From Phycisphaerae bacterium (lineage in GTDB: Bacteria > Planctomycetota > Phycisphaerae > UBA1845 > Fen-1342): a DNA stretch of 64,000 nt. Below, one piece after another: positions 57,024-64,000 of the stretch. The position numbers were made by a program, and so were the translations under genes. The notes beneath the pieces are model-generated. The model saw only the letters and a list, made by a program, of their open reading frames with translations, had not been told where the DNA came from and searched no databases. How positions within the stretch are numbered: position 1 is the stretch's first letter; each line of letters opens with the position of its first letter. The stretch is from positions 21,983 to 85,982 of the forward strand of contig CAXXTC010000002.1 in NCBI GenBank assembly GCA_963666925.2, in the 5' to 3' direction.

Positions 57024-59360
57024 TTACTCGTTCGATTCGCCCCGCTTGGCCAAACGGCCCTCGGGCAGACGATCACGCACCGGGTCCACCTGGAGCGACA
57101 CCGCCGACTCAGACTGACCATAGCCGTAGCCGTAGGAGTAGTAGGCGTAGTGATCGCTCCGTCGCGATCCGACAAAGATCGTGCCCAGCAGACTGCCGCC
57201 GGCCGTCTCAAACATCATCAAACCGCTGGTCAGCGTGGTACGCCGACAGTGCCCTTCGCGCACCACCATCACCGTGCCGTCGACCCGCCGCGCCAAGATG
57301 GCCGCGTCCGCCGTCCCCCACAAGGGCGGCCCGTCCACGATGGTGATGTCATACTCACTGCGCCAGGAGTCCAGCAGTGCCGAAAAGCGGCCATTGGCCA
57401 ACATCTCGTAGTCGTCTCGCCCGCGCGCCTCACCCGCCGGCACCACATCCAGCTTCGGCAATTCGGTTCCATGAACCCCGCTGCCCGAGCCGTTCTGGCC
57501 CGTCCGCAGCAGATCCAACAGCCCGACGGCCGGCTGGAGCTCAAAATGCCGGGCCAGCGACGGACGCCGCAGGTCCGCATCAATCAGCAGTACGCGTTTA
57601 CCGAGTTGTGCCAAGCTCCGCGCCAACAGAATCGCGACCGTACTCTTGCCGGAACCCTGGCTGGTGCTGGTGATCTGCACCACGCTGCCGGCCGCATCGT
57701 GCAAGCGCGTCAGCAGCGCCGTACGCACAATGCGAATCGCCTCCATCTGCGCGTCGTTCAGCGTCACCGCCTCGCGACCGCTGCCAGGAAGCAGCGGCAG
57801 GTAGCCCAGGAAAGGTCCCTGGATCGTCCGCTGCACTTCTGCCGGCTCCATCACGTTTGGATCCAGCAGGAAACGCACGTAAGCCGCCGCCAGACCCAGT
57901 GCCAGCGCCCCAAACAACGCCGCCAGAGACATCTTCATGCGCTTGGCACCATTGTCCGGATCGCTTGCCGGCGTGGCCGTCGCGATCACCTTGATCGCCG
58001 GCGGCACGCGTCCTTTTTCCAGCAGCTCGCGCTGGCGCTGATGGACCTGGTCCAGCCGCGCACTGAGCCGTTCTATCTTGGTTGATTCGGTGCGCAGCGA
58101 CTCGGCCGCCTCAAAATCACCCGCGTATTCCTGCGACAGGCGCTCGATGGTCTGCTGCACGAGGTCGTGCCGCGCCTCCAACCGGCGCACCTCCAGCTCC
58201 AACGCTGTCACGCCAACCGAGCCGTCAATTTCGCCGCCCTTGGGACGCAGCGGCAAACCCGCCGCCAGCATCTGATCCAGGACGGTTTCGCGCTCGGCCA
58301 AACGCTGTTTGGCAAACTCCAGCTCGCGTTCCAGCCGCACCCGCCGCGGATGCTTGCTTGCGAATTGCTCGCTGGCCAGCTCCACCTGCTGCTCGGCGAC
58401 CTGCACCTCCGCTTTGAGGCGCTGCCACTCGGCGTCTTCCAGGTATGGCGTCGGCATCTCCACAGGTGTGCTGTCCGCCTGCACCTCCGCCAGCGCTGCC
58501 CGAGCCTGTTCCAGCTCCTGCCGCTTAACCTGAATCTGGAGTTCCAGCTCGGTTTGCTCGCCCTGCAACTGATCCAGCCGCACGCGCTGCTGGAGGATCA
58601 GGTCATCGGCCGTCGAGCCCGTCCCCAACTTGCGCCGCACCTCGCTGGCCGATCGCTCGGCCAGCGCAATCTGGCTGGTCAACCCGCGATCATCCTCCTG
58701 CAACTCATTCAGCAGGGTGCGATCTTCTTCGGAGAACTCGTTGCCCACAAAGGCCACGTATTCCGATACCAGCGCGTTCACGATGACGGCAGCGTCGCGT
58801 GGGTTGGCCGTCGCCATGCTGATCTCGATCAGCTCGGTCTTGCGCACCGGGTCAGCGGACAGATCTTCTTCCAGCCGCGCGTACGGATCGGTCGAATTCC
58901 CCAGGAGCTTGTTCAACAGCGTCGGGCTCTGGTTGTACCACTGGGTCGAGCGCACGTCGGCGCGGTCCTTCAGCCGCTCGAGCACTGCCGAGCTCTTGAT
59001 GATCTGCACCTGGCTCATCAGGTAGCGGTCGTACTGTCCCCAGGGTCCGCCGCGCTGGTCATCCGGCGACTCGATCAGGTGATACAGTTTGGAGCGAACG
59101 TGCACCAGTGAGCGTGATCGGTATTCGGGCTGGATCGCCAGCCACGCTCCCACCACCATGAGCGGCGCGGCCAGCAACGTCACCAGGATAATCGACCACT
59201 TGTAGCGCAGAAACACCGACAGCGAAAACGTGCGCCCGCCGGGCGCCGGGCGCTCTTGCGGCTCGTCGAACGCCGGTGATACGTCGGTGCTCAGGTCGCT
59301 GCGCACATCGCCCCGGTACTCACGTGCTGCCAGGGGATGGTCGCGTTCTAATTCGCTCAT
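57024..59360 (-). CDS. wzc: Polysaccharide co-polymerase / tyrosine autokinase
   Basis: Two TMs flanking a coiled coil; Walker A GSGKST, LLIDADLRRP, IVDGPP, Tyr cluster YAYYSYGYGYG. Confidence 0.92.
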   Translation of the reverse strand: MSELERDHPLAAREYRGDVRSDLSTDVSPAFDEPQERPAPGGRTFSLSVFLRYKWSIILVTLLAAPLMVVGAWLAIQPEYRSRSLVHVRSKLYHLIESPDDQRGGPWGQYDRYLMSQVQIIKSSAVLERLKDRADVRSTQWYNQSPTLLNKLLGNSTDPYARLEEDLSADPVRKTELIEISMATANPRDAAVIVNALVSEYVAFVGNEFSEEDRTLLNELQEDDRGLTSQIALAERSASEVRRKLGTGSTADDLILQQRVRLDQLQGEQTELELQIQVKRQELEQARAALAEVQADSTPVEMPTPYLEDAEWQRLKAEVQVAEQQVELASEQFASKHPRRVRLERELEFAKQRLAERETVLDQMLAAGLPLRPKGGEIDGSVGVTALELEVRRLEARHDLVQQTIERLSQEYAGDFEAAESLRTESTKIERLSARLDQVHQRQRELLEKGRVPPAIKVIATATPASDPDNGAKRMKMSLAALFGALALGLAAAYVRFLLDPNVMEPAEVQRTIQGPFLGYLPLLPGSGREAVTLNDAQMEAIRIVRTALLTRLHDAAGSVVQITSTSQGSGKSTVAILLARSLAQLGKRVLLIDADLRRPSLARHFELQPAVGLLDLLRTGQNGSGSGVHGTELPKLDVVPAGEARGRDDYEMLANGRFSALLDSWRSEYDITIVDGPPLWGTADAAILARRVDGTVMVVREGHCRRTTLTSGLMMFETAGGSLLGTIFVGSRRSDHYAYYSYGYGYGQSESAVSLQVDPVRDRLPEGRLAKRGESNE

Positions 59361-59522
59361 GCGCTGTCGCCCTCCACCGGACCGCTGCTGAAAGCGGCCA
59401 ACCGGGAAAACGTTCGGTGTTCATCCAGATCGTAGCCCGCTTCGGGCGCGCCGTCGCGACAATACGTCCGATCGACGTTCATCCGGAAGCCGACCGCGAT
59501 AGCCGCACGTATCAGTGTTGCA

Positions 59523-60002
59523 CTATTTGAACTCGACGTCCCAGGAGAAATCAAACGCGTCCCAGGCCGCGCGTTCCTCGTCCGGGGCCGCCGGGTTGTA
59601 CTTCTGGTCGACGTAGTACAGGAGCAGCGCGTCCTGGCGTCCGACCGCCACGCCGCCGTGCCACATGCCAGTCGGGATTCGCAACACGCCGGGACGATGC
59701 TCGCCCAGGAAAACCGCCCGGCCGCTCTTCGGGCCGACCTCGATGTTCTGTACCAGCTCGCCAGCGGGGGTTGGCGTCGCCAGCCGAAGTTCGGCCACCA
59801 GCGGCTCCGCGCCCGTGTTGTACAGTCCGATCTTGAGGTTGCCGCCCAGGACCGTCCAGTTGTCCACCTGGCGCGCGTGGCGATGCCAGGCCTTGACGGC
59901 GCCGGCGTACATCAGGGATGCGTTAAACTGTCCGGGAATATCGTCCAGATGATCGAAGACCGACATCAACGAGCGACCGCGATCGTCCGAATACGTATGC
60001 AC
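59523..60002 (-). CDS. rfbC: dTDP-4-dehydrorhamnose 3,5-epimerase-like cupin
   Basis: DDRG, VKAWH.H..Q.D, IP.G.WHG, LLYY....YNP..PDE; completes the rml set. Confidence 0.75.
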   Translation of the reverse strand: MHTYSDDRGRSLMSVFDHLDDIPGQFNASLMYAGAVKAWHRHARQVDNWTVLGGNLKIGLYNTGAEPLVAELRLATPTPAGELVQNIEVGPKSGRAVFLGEHRPGVLRIPTGMWHGGVAVGRQDALLLYYVDQKYNPAAPDEERAAWDAFDFSWDVEFK

Positions 60003-60021
60003 CCTGGCTCCTAGTCAGTGT

Positions 60022-61830
60022 CTACAGCACAGACCGGGCTGAATCCGTGCCCGCGGCTATGGGTTCCGTCCCTTCCAGGATCGGTATACTGGCCGGTCCC
60101 CCATCAGTTGCGACAGAGGACAGCGGCTCCTCCCGAACCAGCCAGCGCAGCGGCACACTCCAGCGACCAGCCAGTGTCAGGAACGTGAACAGCACGATCT
60201 TCGCATCCAGTAGGGCCGACAAATGCCGAACGTACAATATGTCGTAGTGTATCCATTGGTGAAAGTCCCCGGCAGCCCTTTCGTGCCGACAGACCTGCCA
60301 CAGCCCAGTAATCCCTGGCCGAACCGATAACCGCGCCTGCCGCCAGGGCACGCAAATCTGATTCTCTCGGAAAGGCGAGGGCCGGGGTCCGATAAGACTC
60401 ATCTGCCCCAGCACAACGTTCCATAGCTGCGGCAGCTCATCGATGTTAGACTTCCGTAGCCAGCGACCCACCGTCGTAATACGCGGATCATAATCCATCT
60501 TGAACTGCGGACCGTCGACCTGGTTCTCGGCATATAGCTTGCGCTGCATCGCGTGCGCATTGGACACCATGGTGCGGAACTTCCAACAGCGAAACTCACG
60601 CCCACCGAGACCCTCACGATGATGCGCAAAGAAGATCGGCCCCCGCGATGTTAGTTTGACAAGCAGCGCCACCATCAGAAACAGCGGCGACAACACTACC
60701 AGCCCCGCCGCCGCCAACACCGTCTCCAGAACACGTTTCACACCCGGATACCAGTGATCGCCCCCAGCGGAGCCACCGGCGTCGCCGGCGTCATCCACGC
60801 TCCAGCCACCCCATGAATCCCCGTCGCTCGACGGGCTGCCAACGCCCACGCCCCCCGGCCGAGCCCGGCCGACAATACCAGGCGACGACGCACTACCTGC
60901 CCGGGCGGTACGGTCACGCCTGGAGCGATCAGCCCATGCACCACTACCGCCCCCGTCGATATCCGCGCCCCGGCACCAACCACGGCAGGGCCGATAACTA
61001 TTGCACCGGTCTCAACCACGGCACCCCGGTCGACCGCAACCGGGCCATAGGTGCTGGCGCCGGCTTCAACCCGCCCGCGTACCGCAGATGGCCCCTTTCG
61101 GTGACCATTGCCGTTTCCATTGGCACTCCGCCCCCCCGGGCCACCGGCAACGTGCCATTCCATGCACTGCAACAGCCCCGCCTCGGTCGACAGGTCGACC
61201 ACGCCGTCTGCAAGCTTCACGTCACGAGTGGGGAGTCCCCTGTTGCACCAGCGCTTGACGCAACCCCTGCAAACCGTCGATCGGGCATTCGTCCACGGCG
61301 TGCAACACGGTCACAGGCAACATCGAGCAGATCACGCCATGCCGCTGCACCTGCGTGGTCCCCGCGTAGTAGCGCTGGATTCTCCTGACCTGCCCTTCGG
61401 CGTCGAGGAGGATGCGATCGTTGGCGACCGGCTGGCTCGGAGCAGCGGCGAGCAGGTGCGCGACCTGTCGCGTCTCGCGCGCCTGGTCCGCGAACCGGCG
61501 TAGCGGAAGATCCGATAACGCATGCACCATCGGATCGATGATCAACACCCAGTCGGACGGCTCACGTTGCGCCAAGCATTCCGCCAAAACCCACCACATC
61601 GATCACTTGGCTAATCAATAGGCCCGGTCGCCTGGAGCACAAAATCGCGATAGGCCCGATCCTCTGGGGCGTCGCGGAGCACGGCCAACTCAGCATCCCC
61701 CAGCTCGCACACCCGTTCAACGAGATGCTCCAACAGACCTGCCTGCACCGACAGGCGTCTGCAGGAGCGTCAACTCGCTGCTTCCGAGGTATGCAGGTTG
61801 AGAGTCGAGGATCAGTACCAGCATGCTCAT
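60022..61830 (-). CDS. Priming sugar (phospho)transferase (Bac_transf) fused to degenerate nucleotidyltransferase-like and LbH domains; frameshifted in this sequence
   Basis: C-terminal KR...[44 protein letters not shown]. Upstream fragments 60738-61220 (LbH), 61222-61599 and ATG 61830 (ATGA overlap) are joined by at least four frame breaks. Confidence 0.7.
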
Positions 61831-63008
61831 GCCGAGCTGCACTCCTGACCAGCGACCGAACTAGAGTCCTGTCCCGCGATCAGCGTGTCCTGTCGACGCC
61901 CCCACCGACGATAGTGCCTATCGTCGCTGGCGCGAACCTGCGCCTGCGTAGCACCCCAGTGCGCGCCCAGCCTGGCCGCGTGCTCCGAGTGCTCGTGGGT
62001 TTCCCGGATCGGGCCGGCGGCGGACGCGTCCAGCACCATGGCGTGCCAGGCGCTCTCGGGCGCCACCCGGATACCCGTGGTCACCACGCACCGATCGACC
62101 AGGGCGTGCGTGTCGACAACGCTGGTATCCCACAAGACCGAGCGGCACACTACTGCACCGGGCGACACCTGGCAGCTACACCCGATGACGGCCGGACCGA
62201 TTACACGCGCACGTTCGGCAATGCGCGAATGGGGGCCGACCAATACGGGGCCATACAGCCCGGCACCATCTTCAATGACAGCGGTTTCGTGCACGTAGGC
62301 CTGCCCCAACGTGGCATAGCCGGGCAGGTGGATACCTTTGCCGGCCATCCACTCAAGTACGCGGGCGTTGAGGCTCAGGTATGAAGACGGGGCCGTCACG
62401 CGCCAGGCGCTGCCGGCGATTTCGTACATGTTTACGCCGAGGCCGGCCGCATGTACGCGCGGGATCAACATTTCCTTGATGTCCTGGAAGCCGGTCGAAG
62501 GGACCGCGTGCACAGCGGCCTGCGAGAACACGTAGACGCCGGCCGACTCGAACCCGCCCTCGACGGTATCGACGCTGGCGGTGCGTCGGGCGGCCACCGT
62601 GATTGCCGCCCCGGTAGCCCGATGGTTGGCAAGCAGGTCGTCGAGATCGAACCCCGGAACAACCGTTCCCTCGACGACGATCACGTCCCGTGCGGGCCAG
62701 GTCATGGCCGCATCGCGCACGCAGCCGGCCGGCCCGCGTGGCGACACGTCTTCATAGTACGAGAGTTCCAGATCCCAAGGGCTACCATCGCCCAGTCGGC
62801 GCCGCACGTGACAAGTTTCGCTATTGGCACAGACCGATACCCCTGTGACGCCCCCTTTGCGCAACCAGCGCATCGCGTAGCCCATCAGTGGCGAACCCGC
62901 TACCGGGAGCAAAACGCGCGGCGCGGCGCGGTCGAATGCCGACCGACTCCACTGGTGCGTTCCGGCCAGAATAATACCCCGCACGTCCTTCGTGCTAGCT
63001 GGCTTCAT
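61827..63008 (-). CDS. NDP-sugar synthase / mannose-1-P guanylyltransferase-like protein (NTP_transferase plus LbH), degenerate signature
   Basis: GIILAG...PRVLLPVAG.P, PRGPAGCVRDA, GVYVF, FQDIKE.LIP, hexapeptide repeats; start ATG 63008. Confidence 0.8.
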   Translation of the reverse strand: MKPASTKDVRGIILAGTHQWSRSAFDRAAPRVLLPVAGSPLMGYAMRWLRKGGVTGVSVCANSETCHVRRRLGDGSPWDLELSYYEDVSPRGPAGCVRDAAMTWPARDVIVVEGTVVPGFDLDDLLANHRATGAAITVAARRTASVDTVEGGFESAGVYVFSQAAVHAVPSTGFQDIKEMLIPRVHAAGLGVNMYEIAGSAWRVTAPSSYLSLNARVLEWMAGKGIHLPGYATLGQAYVHETAVIEDGAGLYGPVLVGPHSRIAERARVIGPAVIGCSCQVSPGAVVCRSVLWDTSVVDTHALVDRCVVTTGIRVAPESAWHAMVLDASAAGPIRETHEHSEHAARLGAHWGATQAQVRASDDRHYRRWGRRQDTLIAGQDSSSVAGQECSSA

Positions 63009-63141
63009 TTCCCTGCTCCTCCGGGACTTGGCGTCCCTTCGGGATCCTGATCTCGTACGAGGTCCTAATCGCGGGAGTGAACACGGTTCCCTTCTCAAAA
63101 AACTCTAGGCTCAGGATGCCGGCAATTCCACCTGAACCCGA

Positions 63142-63711
63142 TCAAACCTCACGCCGACGCAGCCGTATACGCGACCGCACCCCGAGCACTACCGCCAATA
63201 CCAATAAGAATGCTGACACGACCAGCGCCGTCTGCTGCTTCCAGCCCACGCCCGGGGCATCAGAGTAGCTGAAGCAATCCCACGAGACGGCCCCTGCGAA
63301 GAGAAACACGCCAACCAGTGCCACCACTTCCGCCCGTACCAGCATCCCCAGGAGCACTATTATCGCCCCTACGAGCACACCCGTACGCTGATACCAGCCA
63401 AAACCGGGATGGGCGTCTGATACGACCAAGTCTGCCGCCCCTCCCAGCACCCCGATAACGACACCCAACAAACAGATCAACAGATGCAGACTCAGGCGTT
63501 TGGACGAACGTGATCGTGCCGAATGATCAAAATCGGACGTGGACGGACAATCCAGGCAGTAGCGGCCGTAGACCGGCGCGCCGTCCCGGTAGCCGTGCAA
63601 AACGCACACCCGAGCAGGCTTGCCGCACAAGTCGCAAGTCTCCTGCCGGTCTTCGGGCGCGGCCTCCCTGGCCGCCGGCATCGGAACCGCAGTCTCATCG
63701 CGGTAGTTCAC
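63142..63711 (-). CDS. Hypothetical membrane protein with N-terminal CxxC-CxxC zinc finger
   Basis: CDLC...CLDC, four TM segments, duplicated PG(F/V)GW.Q motif. Confidence 0.7.
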   Translation of the reverse strand: MNYRDETAVPMPAAREAAPEDRQETCDLCGKPARVCVLHGYRDGAPVYGRYCLDCPSTSDFDHSARSRSSKRLSLHLLICLLGVVIGVLGGAADLVVSDAHPGFGWYQRTGVLVGAIIVLLGMLVRAEVVALVGVFLFAGAVSWDCFSYSDAPGVGWKQQTALVVSAFLLVLAVVLGVRSRIRLRRREV

Positions 63712-63734
63712 TACGTGTCACCCGCCCCAATCAA

Positions 63735-64000
63735 TTAATCCTGATCAGCCGCCATTAACGAATCCGCATCGACCTCAACGGCGGCACACTGCCCCAACAT
63801 CGTGATCTCCAGGCAAACCTGGTAACGCCGCCCCTGACGAATCACTACTCCCTCGAGGCCCTTCAATGGTCCGGACGTTACGCGGTAGCGCCGTCCGGGT
63901 CGGATATCCGGGAACACCGCCACCACGTCGCCGGCAGTCAGCGCCCGATCAACTTGAACGAGTTCCCTGGTAAGCTGCTGCTGGTCCATCACGGGCAGTA
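63735..64000 (-). CDS. NusG/RfaH-family (UpxY-like) transcription antiterminator, 3' part
   Basis: KOW motif G.R.RV.SGPL.GLEG.V and C-terminal LGQ.A.VEVD; lies at the head of the EPS operon; truncated by window. Confidence 0.8.
   Translation of the reverse strand, partial: LPVMDQQQLTRELVQVDRALTAGDVVAVFPDIRPGRRYRVTSGPLKGLEGVVIRQGRRYQVCLEITMLGQCAAVEVDADSLMAADQD

Noticed and set aside
59357..59554. 65-aa ORF bridging rfbC and wzc
   Set aside because: It overlaps rfbC, has no clear RBS and no recognisable motif.
60840..60860. Phase variation at the G6/C6 run in the priming transferase
   Set aside because: The run is short and the gene has several other non-homopolymer breaks, so assembly error is more parsimonious.

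Overview
High-GC bacterial chromosome segment, most likely a planctomycete (Phycisphaerae-like). This is an inference from the C-terminal dockerin-like module, the GspG-like-tail protein, the GTGG/GTAG-type REP palindromes and the VPVPGA-type sorting signals. Left third (1-20.3 kb): housekeeping and envelope genes, namely a cation/H+ antiporter, two GT-C glycosyltransferases, a GH172/DUF2961 lipoprotein, a Tat-exported SOD, a cupin, ndk, tRNA-Tyr, a large secreted papain-like protease, aroF and a double cyclophilin, with several REP clusters. The rest (20.3-64 kb) is an exopolysaccharide plus PEP-CTERM/exosortase locus. It holds a Wza-like exporter, a giant TPR protein, three exosortase substrates with thioester-domain-like Cys/Gln motifs, a roughly 2100-aa Ig-repeat surface protein, and a roughly 26-kb minus-strand EPS operon (UpxY/NusG paralog, priming GT, rmlABCD, wzc, exosortase, epsI, wzx, wzy, modifying enzymes). 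The most striking signal is two paralogous 204-205-aa leader ORFs, each directly upstream of a PEP-CTERM-type gene. Each has a signal peptide, an internal sorting-signal-like TM, a conserved EWYHTGGPxQxGHxTP motif and a C-terminal APRGPP ribosome-arrest-like motif. In both, the codons just after RGPP are perfectly complementary to the downstream gene's Shine-Dalgarno and close a nested mRNA structure. This suggests a SecM/MifM-like arrest-peptide switch controlling exosortase substrates. Clustered frameshifts in two genes look like sequencing errors.
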